Assembly: GCA_000934665.2 (NCBI GenBank)
Contig: JYFJ02003813.1
Span: 1-37,369 of the forward strand
Direction: 5' to 3'
DNA length: 37,369 nt
Origin: Catajapyx aquilonaris
Lineage: Eukaryota
The notes beneath the pieces are model-generated. The model did no database searches and was not told the DNA's origin. It saw nothing but the letters and a program-made list of their open reading frames with translations. Positions 10,491 through 22,270 of the stretch are shown piece by piece; positions within the stretch are counted from its first letter, which is position 1, and each line of letters opens with the position of its first letter. The position numbers and the translations under genes were made by a program.

Positions 10491-10758
10491 TACATTAATA
10501 TCAATTATTTTTTGATCAAATGACTTTTCCATGCCCTTTTACTTCTAATATTTTTCTGTTTAGGTTTGGCCATTTTGATTGTGGATTCTTTGCCCCCTTC
10601 CAGAAGCACTTTGTGTTGTGTTAGAATTCACAGTATGTGGGATCTCATTTTGGGTCAGTTTAAATAGAAATCGTCCAAAATTTGGAATTGTTTCTATAGC
10701 TTGGGCCAGTGGAAACAGGCCTTGAGGTCCAGCTTCTGTATTCAAATTGCTTGAGGTA

Positions 10759-11181
10759 CACCGAAGCAGTAGTGGCGGAGGGGATTTGGTATCCGACTGC
10801 TAATTGGGAGGTCCTGGGTTCGAGTCCCGGAGGCCGGTGGTCCTGACCTTGGTTTTCTGTGGTTTTCCAAGGTCGCCCCAGGAATAATTTCCGGGATCGT
10901 ACCGTAAAATAGGCCACAGCCGCTTCCTTCCTTTCCCTGTCCTGGAGGAGGTGCGGGTTAGTCGGGGGTTTCTAACTCGCATCTAGGGGGTCATCTTGGC
11001 GAACGGGCCCCCTGAGGGACTGCACACGACCCCCAACTTGATGACATTGCACATGCACCAGTGTCCCCCCCTCCTATCCCCACCCTGTCCCTGCACATAG
11101 TGGTATTCCACTCCCCTAAGAGAGCCCATGGCTCTAGCATGGGGTATATCTAAAAAAAAACAACAACAACAAAAAAAAAAC
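10759..11181 (+). mobile_element. tRNA-derived SINE family D (Lm1-like core), copy with family C-type 3' half
   Basis: 13-bp TSD attgcttgaggta (10746-10758, 11182-11194); B box ggttcgagtccc; core ggttttctgtggttttcc...ccgggatcgtacc...aggccacagccgcttccttcc; A/(CAA)n tail. Confidence 0.9.
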
Positions 11182-11204
11182 ATTGCTTGAGGTAGTGTAT
11201 ATAT

Positions 11205-11460
11205 CGCATCCCGGCAATAACAGGGGCACAAGTCCAACAATGATGATTTTGACTTATTACTAGAGCAGGGTCCATGACCGTGTGCACATTCAGAATGCAT
11301 ATTCTGATTTAAAAAAATTAATAATTAATAATTCTGATTATTCGAATGCTGCATCAATACCTGATTTATGATAACACTATACCAACACTATACAACTTTC
11401 AAAGTGCTCTCCTGTGAAATTGACTTTTTGGACTTGTGCCCCTGTTATTGCTGGGGTGCG
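11205..11460. mobile_element. MITE with 4-bp ATAT TSD (Sola1-like)
   Basis: TIR of about 33 bp, cgca(t/c)ccc(g/a)gcaataacaggggcacaagtccaa, flanked by ATAT on both sides. Superfamily inferred from the AWWT TSD only. Confidence 0.8.
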
Positions 11461-13782
11461 ATATGTCCCACTGGAAAAGAGTTTAAAAAACTTTGAGCTC
11501 TACAGCATTTATTTCCTTGTTGAATCAAATCAACAATACAGCATAATATCAATAAGCTGACAGAGCTGAAATGTTAAATCCGATATGATTTGTGATGTTA
11601 CAAGAGAAAAATTGCAGTATTACCTGCTCACAACGCTCAACGTGATGTCGGATGTATTTTGTCTGACAAAAGCATTGACGTATGATAATCAGACCATTTT
11701 GACACACTAGCTCCCATGAGCACATTATAAAGTTTCTTGCCATATCTGCTTTGTCTAAGTTTGGCTGAATTTCGTAAATACTGCAAGATGACATTTGTGA
11801 TCTACTAAATGTTCACATCAAATTTTGCAGTGGAATTTTTAACTCAAAAATGGTTATCTTAATCACAATACTCCATATATATGATTATGTCACACTGCTA
11901 CCTTGGTGTTAGGAACTTACAGTGACATGAACACCATGCCCCCACCAACAGAGGCCAAGGATGTGGCCTTAACATTTCACCAGAAAACATTAAAACCACT
12001 TACCCTGTCACCAGATTCACTTTATAAACTATCTTCTCTCACTCTTTGTGCAAGTGTGTTTATATCCTTATTGTGGAAGCCAGTGTGTTAAAGCACATCC
12101 GTCATCAGTAGCCAATCCACATATAATGGTACTACGACAAATTAAGAGACAATAAATATTAAAAGAACTCTGAACTTATATCAAAGTAAATACAACAAAA
12201 CGATAAGATGCCAAGATCAAACCAACCCATCACCTTGCTTCATTATAGTAATTGATCGGTTTGCATACCATTCCTGGCAACTTCAGTAGTTTTCACCTTT
12301 GAACACGCAGAGAGTGATGACAAAATTTACTTCTCCATCACTACATCTTTGAAGCCTTAAAAAAAGACATACCTAAAGCCGTAGTGAAACTCAAGCTTAA
12401 CCTGTGGTGGTCAGGCTTGAGTTTTCTGCCACAGGCAGATATATCTACTTGTGCATCTGCTGCTCTATATATCCTACTAACTATTTAACCCCCTTGAAAT
12501 AAAATACAAAAATGCACACTCCCATCCCCCTACCAACAACTGATCTGAATCACACAAATTGCTCGAGGTAGTAAAGCACCATATCACTATTTTTTGGAAT
12601 CATTCATATCATCATCGGTTGTGGAGTGGGGGAGTTTGGAAAATGCTTACTACACCATCATCTTAATAATTACTATGACGAAATTTTCTGGGTATAAGGG
12701 TTCAATAATTTTCCAGTTTGTTTAGTTTTGTATTTTTCTTTCTCTTTTGCATTTCTACTAAACAAACAGTGCAAACCTATTCCCAAGACAACGTCCAGTT
12801 CCTTAAAATGTTAAAGGACAAGGTCTGAGAGGAATTAAAATCCTGTAATTGCCTCCCTGGAACATTTTTTCCCCATTCGATATTGGCGCCCATCACGTGA
12901 TGCAGGAAACAGGTTTGCCTATCACAGCCAAATTACACTGGACCTTGTTTTTATACCAACATACAATAGCTAGATCATGAATCACACCAGAAGAAAATGA
13001 CTGAATATGCAGAGAATACTCACCAAATCGAGTCTTCTCTGCACATCCAGAATGGCATAACTGATGTCAGTCTTGCCTGGCTTTTAAAATGCATGACATT
13101 TAGTATTGCTTCTGGGTAGACCCCTGTGCTTCTGTACATATTGTCCCATATTGTCATCACCAATTTTGAATGCACTGAGCAAACTTTCAGACTGGCTTCC
13201 ACCAGTGTGCTTCATTGAATGACGCCTACTGTATGAGCAACATGGAGCTGTCCCCAGTAACGTTATTTGCATCATATTGGAACCATCTATTTTTGCTTGG
13301 ATTGAGGGATATAAGTGTGTCAGAAAGGGTTTGGTGGAGGTGGTTAGAGTGGGTGGCCATAATGGATGGCTTTCATGTGCTGACCTTCCATCAATGCAGA
13401 AATAGCCACAGGAGATGTGATGCAGTACAATTACAGGGGCACTACATGTTGGTGACAAAGTATTTCCTTGCTTTGATGTCCAATGCTAACCCCTTCAGCC
13501 ACAGCCACCTAGAATCTAGATGATGAGAACTCGACGGCCAGGTACCAGCTATACCTCCATCGCCTAGATTCTTTTCGCTTCCATGCCACTTGCAAATAAG
13601 GAGAAAGTATTTTATTTAATAATAACAGCTGTACTTTTACATTCATGCTGTACACATTGCATGACTTGTGTTGGAAACAATTTCATTTGCATGGAAGTCC
13701 GCAAATTAATTTCCAGAAAGATCACCGCAAGTATACCAGCTATATTTCCACCTAGATTTTCCCTCCTGTTCAACTTACAAGA

Positions 13783-14347
13783 TCTCTATAAGTTGAAGAA
13801 AATTATGAGCTTGGTTGGCCCCAATGTAAAATGTAAATAGGAAATAAACTTCCCTAATTCGAATTTCTATAACTCGAAGTTCTCCATAACTTCAAGTGCA
13901 GGCAGGGCCATACGATGGGATATCAATGGAATTTTCAGTCTCGCCAAGTCGAAGTTCATGTTGGCGAGTACGGAAAATTGTCTCATTTCCCAGCCGAAGG
14001 GTCGAGAGTAGGCCACATGTACAGAAAGGCTCAATTTCCAGATCTCCGTCTACCAGATGTACCAAAAGAAGTGCTTGACTCGATTGTGACAATTGAATCC
14101 TTGAATCTAAGAGTAGGCAAATGTCCACAACGGAGATTTTTTTTTACAACAAAACGAGGAACATTGTTAAGTGTGATAGTGACAGTAATTTTTAAGTTTT
14201 GAACACCTTTTGTCGCTGGATATAAAGGTAGGCTTCCTTATAGAGTTATGTGCTTTAAAAAAATCCAAACTTCTCTAACTCGAATCTTCTGTAACTCAAA
14301 GTCTTTTTCCGGTCCCTTGGAGATTCGACTTAATATAAGTTTTACTG
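13783..14347. mobile_element. Second, left-truncated copy of the 2328-2929 MITE
   Basis: Directly alignable with 2368-2929, which explains the duplicated spurious ORFs MYRKAQFP...VIFKF. Nested within the 13490-15353 element. Confidence 0.88.
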
Positions 14348-14764
14348 TTCGCTGAAGGTAAGGGCAAGATATTTTACAAATAGCAACAGCTATACTTACC
14401 CGTTCATGCGAAACACAACGTATGTATTGGAAACAATTTTCCTTGGCCATAAGTCCGCTGTTAATTTCCAAAAAGATCGCTGTAAAAGATGAAAATCCAA
14501 GTACTACAGGCCAATTGTTAGGCTGATTTAATTATGAAATCCGTTAAAATATACGGAATAACGATCTTGAGAACCATGACAGAAAACTTTGTTGAAATCG
14601 TTGTACTGTACTTTCATAGAAATAAATTAATACTTTTCTGTGACATGCCTGTCACTTCAGATAACTCCCAAATTCACTTATTTCTCGAAAAGTATGGCAA
14701 TTTCAGCAAATTCATCTGGCATGATTCTCATGATTGTTATTCCGTACATTTTAATGTATTTCAC

Positions 14765-15060
14765 AATAATCATAATAATATTAATAATAATACAGTAATA
14801 ATAATGGATCCCCGGTGATAGGCCTCCTTAGGCCTTTTAGGGGATCATCTTCTAATTCTCAGACTTTAATCATTTGCCTGTAATGTGATGGATTTTTAAG
14901 TGGGAGGAAACGGGAGAGCCCCAAGAAAACCCACACGAACAAGGAGAGAACCCATTGAAACTCTATCCACGTAAGTCCCCTCTGTCCGATCCGGGGATCG
15001 AACTCGAGACCTCAGAGGTGGAAGGCTGAGTCGCTAACCACTACACCACTGTGTCGCCCT
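14765..15060 (-). mobile_element. tRNA-derived SINE family A (V-domain-like core), copy 2
   Basis: Head agggcgacacagtggtgtagtggttagcg...gagttcgatcccc; core gtgtgggttttcttggggctctcccgtttcctcccac; 3' stem-loop and (ATT)n tail. Confidence 0.88.
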
Positions 15061-16103
15061 ATTGTTTGTCATAATTAAATCAGCCTAATAGTTGGCCGGC
15101 AGTACTCGAATTTCCTGTTTTTGCAGCAATATGTTTGGAAATTAATTTAGGAACTTCTATGGGAGGAAAATTGTTTCCAACACATTCATAGTGTTTTCCA
15201 TGAACGGGTAAGTATAGCTGTTATTATTGGTATAATATCACGTTTGTATCTTCAGCGCACACGTAAGCGGAAAACTAGGCGATGGGAGGTATAGCTGGTA
15301 CTACGTGGTGGAGTTCTCATTGCCTAGATTCTAGGTGGCTGGGGCTGAAGGGGTTAGCAGAACAAGTACAGTACCTATTTTTAATGCCCCAATCACTTTT
15401 GCATCCATTCTCTTATCATGTGCTCCCAAATTACCTACCACATAAGAATAACCGAACTATTAAAAAAAATAATCTCAAATTAACTTGCAACTTATTAAAA
15501 TTGCTTGTTTTTTTTTAGGGAAGGCACGTTGGAGGAAAGGGCACTGGGGGGAGATTACATACTCTTCAACAGTAAAGTACTGCCTCATTCCGCCATGCCC
15601 CTTTAGTGTTACATAGTAATGTAATGAGGGAATGCAGGTAAAAGCATATGAACATGCCACTCTGATGGTTGTTCACTTGTTCTGGAACTAACCTTATAGT
15701 CTCCCACCCCGCCATGGACTTCTCGTAATCCCATCTCTACTCCTACCAAAGCGTTCTAATTTCAGGCAACAAGAAGCAAGACATAACAACTCTGACCTCC
15801 ATAAGTGTCTCATTTCCCTGAGATACTGCATATAAGTTGAAGTAGAATAGCATTAAGATGGGATAGTGGGTGGGAGATGACTGAGTAAGGCTAGAGAAGG
15901 AGCTTTTTGCTAGCATTTTTCACATACTGTGCAATCTGCATATTGATATTCACTCCAACAACTCTCTACTTATTTATACCCAGGAGGCAATCTGTGTAAA
16001 CTGGCCCTCCCTTCTACCAAAACATTCTCTGATTTCAACCATATTCAGGTATTTTGCAGACATGTGCACTGCATGTTTGTTGGCCCCTGTTGGCCCCTAC
16101 AAC

Positions 16104-16158
16104 CAGGGCTGGCATTAGGTGCGGTAGCACTGGTCGCACACCCCTAGCGCCGGCCCTG
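16104..16158. mobile_element. 55-bp minimal hAT-like element
   Basis: 8-bp TSD cct(a/g)caac (16096-16103, 16159-16166); 16-bp TIR cagggc(t/c)ggc(at/gc)tagg. Confidence 0.7.
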
Positions 16159-16432
16159 CCTGCAACAAGTGATTGCTAAACTGCAAGGTTCTCCTGATTT
16201 GACAGAAATCTCAATGAAACATTTGAGGCCTTAATTTGAATGCAAATTTCTTTAAAATTCGGTCGCCATTTTGAATCCAAATGTTATCACTTTCAAAACC
16301 CTCAATACAATGGGGTCCCAGCCTACAGTTTGAAACCCAATGTAAGAAAAAAAATCATCCTCATTTTTAAATGAATTTTGGTGTTTTTTGCTTGAAGAAA
16401 TATGTATTAATTTTCAAGCTATGATCGATCTA

Positions 16433-17227
16433 CCGTATTACCTCTCATATTGTGGCATGCCAGCGTCGGCGTGGTCGACCAGTTTTAAAAAATCCATGAT
16501 CTGGTGGCTATACCGGCATGCCGGTATAAGGCGAGGTATGCCGACATAAGACGAGGTTTTCACATAAGTTACATTATCCTTTCTGAACTTGACATTTGCC
16601 TGAAAAAGCAAAATTCACGTAAAGGCTATCGAAAAGGCACATTTTCCAAATAGGGTACATAGGCACGCAAAAAGAATGTCCGGGGAGAGTCTTAGTTCAG
16701 CCTGGTGGAGGCAAACCATTGCACCTGGGTAGCTAAGGGAGGAGGGAAAACGCTCAGCAGATAAGCACGGACGTACACACAAGTGTGTGTGTACACATCT
16801 GTGCAATGGTTTGCCTCCACCAGGCTGAACGAAGACTCTCCCCGGACATTCTTTTTGCGTCCGATAGTACCCGTACCATATATTGTTTTCAATCGCAGTG
16901 TTTGGCAATAATCTCTATTTAAACAGTATGTTAGAGCAGGGGGTTCCCCTGTCAAAGCAGGCTGGCGATAGGATTGGTCATACACTCTACATTTTTTAAA
17001 TGCACTGTGCAACAGAACTGACATGTTCTCACAGCCTGTACACTCGCCCATTTTCATTGTAACATTATTATAGTATGGTACCAGAAGCATACAAAAAAAT
17101 TTGGCAAGGATCAAAATTACGGAAATCTACCTCGGTTATTGCCGCATGCTGGCCACCCCCGGGTTATACCGGCATGCTGGTAAACCTCATTTTATACTGG
17201 CGTGCCGCAATATGAGAGGTAATACGG
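16433..17227. mobile_element. Tc1/mariner-superfamily (pogo/Tc2-type CCGTA end) MITE
   Basis: TA TSD; 31-bp TIR ccgtattacctctcatattg(t/c)ggca(t/c)gccag; subterminal taccggcatgc repeats. Confidence 0.88.
16665..16860. repeat. 60-bp inverted repeat with 76-bp spacer inside the MITE
   Basis: 16665-16724 is the reverse complement of 16801-16860 with a single mismatch. Confidence 0.92.
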
Positions 17228-18289
17228 TAAGATCATAATAATTATATGGTATTGTATTGCCCTCTGATGCCACTGCTGCTAAACAGATCGGTACAGAGGC
17301 AGGAACACACACGGGCAGCTTTGTTCCTTTGTTTGCTTGCTTTGGTGGCGACCCTAACAATGAAATTGAACGACCGCTAACACTGTTAACTCTCATCAGG
17401 CAGGAGTCCAGATGCGCCTTTTATGCCACTCCCCCCCGCCCATTTTTGAGTGACTTTTGAACCCACGATAATTTATCGAGGAATGCCATTTTGGCGTTTA
17501 AAGTGGTGGAGTGCTTGTTTACATGTATGGTTGAGCTATTTGTGTACAAATTTCCCAAATCCCAGACCAATGTTCCATTCTTGGCTTTAAAATGATCTCC
17601 CCTAACCACCTGTCACAACTTTCAATTTGTACATATCTTCTGGGAGTTATGGTCTTCCAACTAACAGACAAAGCAAAAATGAATGAAAATTTGTACTTAT
17701 TGCATCCTGTTCTTTTGCAACAGCATGTCACAGAGGCAAACACACATGCCAGTGTAAATACATGCTAGGGTACTACTAATTACCTGAATCTGGTCAAAAT
17801 CATAAAAGATTATCACAACAGGGGAGGTACAATTGATGTGAATCCCTTACACATTTATGCCAATTGAATCACAGGTATAAACGGGGGCAATTTCAGTATT
17901 TGGAACACAATGGCACTTGCATAGTTCTTGCATAGACCCCCCCACGGTATCCCGACAACTGGCTGCCTGTCAATCGGCAGCAGGTCAGCTGGCTGCCGTG
18001 TCAATTGGCCACTGGCTGCGGGTACCCTGTGGCTGGGGCGCCTGCGTCATCGAGCCCCCAAACCCACCAGACTCAGAGGTAGCTGCCCCAACCACGACCA
18101 TGCCCCATCAAGGTAATGCCCCACTGCCACCCCCCCGGTGGGGTAACAAAAAGGGCTAGCAAGACTCCCGGGGCAAGGTCCATATCCCCTCTAACGGGAC
18201 AGGGATAGCCTATCCCCGGACACCATAAGAGCAGACATGTGGCCTGGAATGTGCGAAATCGCTTGTTCCCCCAGTATAAAGCAATTAAT

Positions 18290-18786
18290 AGGGCCATTCA
18301 CATATGCCACAAGGATAATGATTCTTACCCCCGAAAATTGCAGTTGGGGTGTTCACACATGCCCTTCCTCCACCCGATTGCAATTACGAAGCTGACTCGG
18401 GGAATCAGCTTGTAGAGGCTGAATGCCAGGTTTCTAGTCGTGATTCTGGTGTCACTGCCCCTCCCAACCGGTTCTTAGCCGAGCAACATGGAGGCTCTCT
18501 GCTTGGCCCCTTCTGCCGCCTCACTCTCCGGGCAGTCAGGACCTGTGCAATAAAGTAGATATCATGCCTCCATGCTATTAGATCCGGGCCTATCGTAGAG
18601 TCACCCATGCCTTTGGCCATGAGCCGAAGCGACAGCCATTTCTTTGCCAGGCAGGAGGGTGTGCTTCCAGAGCCAGCTACCGAAAATCACAAAAAGTATG
18701 TGGCTTGTGGGAACAGTCACCAAATGATTTTGCCCCTCAAAATCGTGGTTGAAGATCGAAATTTTGTGGCACGTGTGAATGACCCT
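18290..18786. mobile_element. PIF/Harbinger-like MITE
   Basis: TIR aggg(c/t)cattcaca(ta/cg)tgccacaa, flanked by AAT on both sides (3-bp TSD). Confidence 0.78.
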
Positions 18787-19161
18787 AATATGTAAGTAAA
18801 CAACCATCAATAGGGATTACTTTTGGTGTTGATGTGTACTTAGCAATGCAAGGTGTCTTGAACTTGCCAGGGAAATATTTATAACTCAAAAGTGGTTAAA
18901 TTTTTTTGTGGGTCCATTGAAAAATTCTGAATAAACAAGACCTATATCCCTCTATTTTGTCCCTTTCCCCTCCATGTACATATGGATTCGAAACGCTTCC
19001 TCTTTGACCATCTGAAAAAGGGGTTTACAGTTCTATCCCAGTTGTCCCAATATGCAAGTATTGCAAGTGTTTGGGATCGTTCAGTAATCACAATATAGCT
19101 CCTGAAATTGTAATTTTTGTGTATGTGGGGCACCAATCAAGGTGCCCAATCATAGGGCCTA

Positions 19162-19713
19162 CAGGGTGTTTCCGAGGTATCTTTACAAACTGCTAGGGTG
19201 TGTAGGGGAGGCAGAGACGATCAGTTTTGACCAATGCACCAGTGGTCGGAAATGCCATCTAGAGGGGGTTCATAGACAAGGAATGGGTGGACTCAGACGG
19301 AGGCGCTAGGCGAGCGGACTGTTTTGTTGATAGATGGCGCTCGGCTAGTAAACAACGACGCGATGTGCCATTACCTGGCAACAACAGAGCCATCTGGAAA
19401 TTAAAGTCCACCTCCTAGGATACGCGCGGATAGTAAACAACGGTTCTGTTGTTGCCAGGTTATGGCGTATCGCATCGTTGTTTACTTACAATGACGCGAA
19501 ATGCCATGACCTGGCGACAACTGTGCGCCATCTATCAACAAAACAGTGTGCTCGCCTAGCGCCTCCCGCGTGACGCGTCTGAGCGCACCCGTTCCTTGTC
19601 TATGAACTCCCTCTAGATGCCGTTTCTGACCACGGGTGCATTGGTCAAAACTGATCGTCTCTGCCTCCCCTACACACCCTAGCAGTTTGTAAAGATAGCT
19701 CGGAAACACCCTG
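19162..19713. mobile_element. Mariner/Tc1-type MITE with long TIRs
   Basis: TA TSD; cagggtgtttccgag.tatctttacaaactgctagggtgtgtaggggaggcagagacgatcagttttgaccaatgcacc is mirrored at the right end; pairing continues for more than 200 bp. Confidence 0.92.
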
Positions 19714-20062
19714 TATAGCAGCTGCTATATTCAACCAACTTGGAAATAATAGGGCATGTCAATCGAGAAGCGAAAAACAGCACAAAACTAACAACTTTGA
19801 GTGAAATATGCCATAACTAAAAGGACCCAAATACTTGGAACACATTGTATAACATGGCATGCTAAATAGGTTTAACTGAACACAGCTACCATGTATGAAA
19901 TTTGGTGCATGTGCACCTACTCTGATGTGAGACTTCCCTGCTTTTGAGTGTGGACACATACCAGGTAGGTGCCAAAAGTTTCTGGCCTGACATTGTTCTA
20001 GGGGTGATGGAAGTAAATCGACAGTAGTGTCAGGTAGTGCCATTTGTGAGTGGACGCATGTA

Positions 20063-20154
20063 CAGGGTGTTCCAGATTCGTGGGTCACTTTTTGATAACT
20101 GCTATCAGGCAATATCAGTTATCAAAAAGTGACACAGGAATCTGGTACACCCTG
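20063..20154. mobile_element. 92-bp hairpin mariner-type MITE
   Basis: TA TSD; cagggtgt.ccagattc.tg.gtcactttttgataactg arms of about 40 bp around a short loop. Confidence 0.85.
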
Positions 20155-20485
20155 TATATACCAGTTTCTCTTTGCAAATTGCGTCAAACACTTGGCGAGA
20201 TTCAACTTCAGTCAGACGTCTTGTGCCATTTAAATTCATATTGAAATGAGTACCGAGAGGAAGGCCTTACTCCCAGTGCTCTTAAACAGGGACTGTGGCT
20301 TTGAGGACCTGGCCCCCAGTGGCGGTTACCGGTTTTCAAAACTTTTTAATAACCTCCCAGGTAGAAAAATGAAAAAAAATGAAGAGTAGCAGAAGGCAGA
20401 TATGAGCATTTGCAGACAAAATTTTAGACCATTTTTTCAACGATATTGATTGTTAATCCAAAGATGTAAGGAGTATGTCGTAGTA

Positions 20486-20635
20486 CAGTGCTGGATGTTA
20501 ATGGTGTCCTACTGGTGGTGCCACAAGCCCCTAATCGAAGTGATGAATTAGCAACCAATACATCACTTCGATTCGCTCTTTTGCTGCCAGGGGCTTGTGG
20601 TGCCACCAGTGGGACACCATTAATGTCCAACACTG
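20486..20635. mobile_element. 150-bp hairpin Tc1-type MITE
   Basis: TA TSD; cagtg.tgga..ttaatggtgtcc.actggtgg..ccacaagcccct arms plus inner hairpin aatcgaagtgatg/catcacttcgatt. Confidence 0.85.
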
Positions 20636-21496
20636 TACAAGGAGACTAGACTGAAAAATGACACTGTTGCTTTATGTCCATCCCATCTGGAACATAGTCA
20701 GGCCAAGAATCTTTTGGTGCCCACCTCGTATGCCAATATATCGGATCCTTTCAGAAACGGATGGAGAGAGAGACCAATACAACAAATCAAAAATATTGTA
20801 CTGACATGACAGCATGGCCCCAACCAGCATGGCCATTGACCAACAAGAGCAAAGGTCGGCGTCCTGCAGGACAGGGAAGGTGCCTAGAGGACAGGACATT
20901 GCCAAAAATGTACTCGGCACAGGGGTCTACTCCCACACAAAGCTGATGTTACAGAAAAATCAGTGGCATGGCAAGGACTGAGTTTCTTGATTATTCATCC
21001 CCATATACTGTAGCCTACCTACTGCAAAACATTGCATTAAAGACCCCTTGTCTAAAAATTAAAAATAACACATTCAATAAAATTAAGCTACAGCAAAAAG
21101 TGAACAAGCTTCACATAATTGCTGCAAGCTTTTAAATATTTCACTGGATACACTGCACTGGAAAATTCTCTCTCTTGCCTCGAAATGCATCTAGTATCAC
21201 ATGTGCTGTTTCTGAACATCATCATTTTTTTGAGGTAGTGATGAAGTGTTCATTGAGATGACCCATCTTAAGGCAATTCTAATTTCACCGATAATTTTGC
21301 ATGTCATCCAAATTTGTACTTTTCTGTATCTAGAAAACCTTGACATATTTTCCCTTTTTTCTTCTGTTGACACTTATGAACACAATTCAAATTTCGGCTT
21401 ATTTATCCTGTACATAGCATAGTTTAAATTATCCTCATCTTGGTGTATGTACTCATAGTTACATGATTTTCACAGCCCCTGTTGAGATGTGTGATT

Positions 21497-21662
21497 TTAC
21501 TTCTTGGTGAGCAGCCCCTTCTTTTTTAACTGCTTTAGGGCACATTTGGCAGCGGTGCACTTTGCAATACGGTAGTTACGCCCGATTCCTTTGAATGTGC
21601 CCTTTCCAAAAACCTCCACAGTGACCCTCACACGGCGCCCATCAGCCAGTTTTTCTGGTTTC
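21497..21662 (-). CDS. Dcr-1: Dicer-1 terminal coding exon: dsRBD and stop
   Basis: Acceptor ttctactctttcag, phase 2, 166 nt to [57 protein letters not shown]. Confidence 0.96.
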
Positions 21663-22270
21663 CTGAAAGAGTAGAACAATGAAAATATATGTTACAGTGT
21701 ATCTTCATCATTAAACATGGAGAGTACTTTAGAGGCCATTCTCAAGCAAGACTATTCTGGGCATTCTTAAATCTACCTCTGGACAAGGCAACTCAAGCAT
21801 GTGGTTGCAACAAAATTGGTAGACGATACACATAGAGATCCAGGCCACCTTGTTCATAGAGTTTTGACACACTGAAACCTGTCAACAGTGGACCCTGAAT
21901 AAAACAAAAACTCGTCTATTGCAGAAAAGTTTTGTGGTCCAACAGCGGGATAGGGTTTCCCACACAAGGGTCCATATGGTCCCAGACTGATGGCTCAAAA
22001 TGAGTGACGTGATGAATAATTTTATTCAGCAAGATTAGACAAGTCATTTGGTACCAAGTTGTCATGTGTGCATGCACGAAATGGCTCCAGATTGGCTGAA
22101 AGTGCACATTTTTGTAGGACAGTTAGGATTTTGGGTTGGTCAATCAAATCAGTAAATTTCATTATTCCAATAATTATGTAAATACTGTTAATACTTTTCT
22201 GTGTAATTATCATTAGCAGAACTAACTCGTCACTCCCCCCAGGGGAAATAAAGGGGCATTGTCATGTTTC

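Larger units (their letters stand above)
13490..15353. mobile_element. Long-TIR (fold-back) DNA element, piggyBac-like ends, carrying a nested MITE and SINE
   Basis: Left end ccccttcagcc.cagccacctagaatctag...atgagaactc pairs with right end gagttctcat...ctagattctaggtggctggggctgaagggg. Arm similarity extends more than 200 bp. Flanks are CTAA/TTAG rather than TTAA. Confidence 0.8.

Noticed and set aside
2598..14202. Duplicated ORFs MYRKAQFP...VIFKF (2598-2786 and 13915-14202) as a gene family
   Set aside because: Both lie inside copies of the same non-coding MITE and show no recognisable transposase motif.
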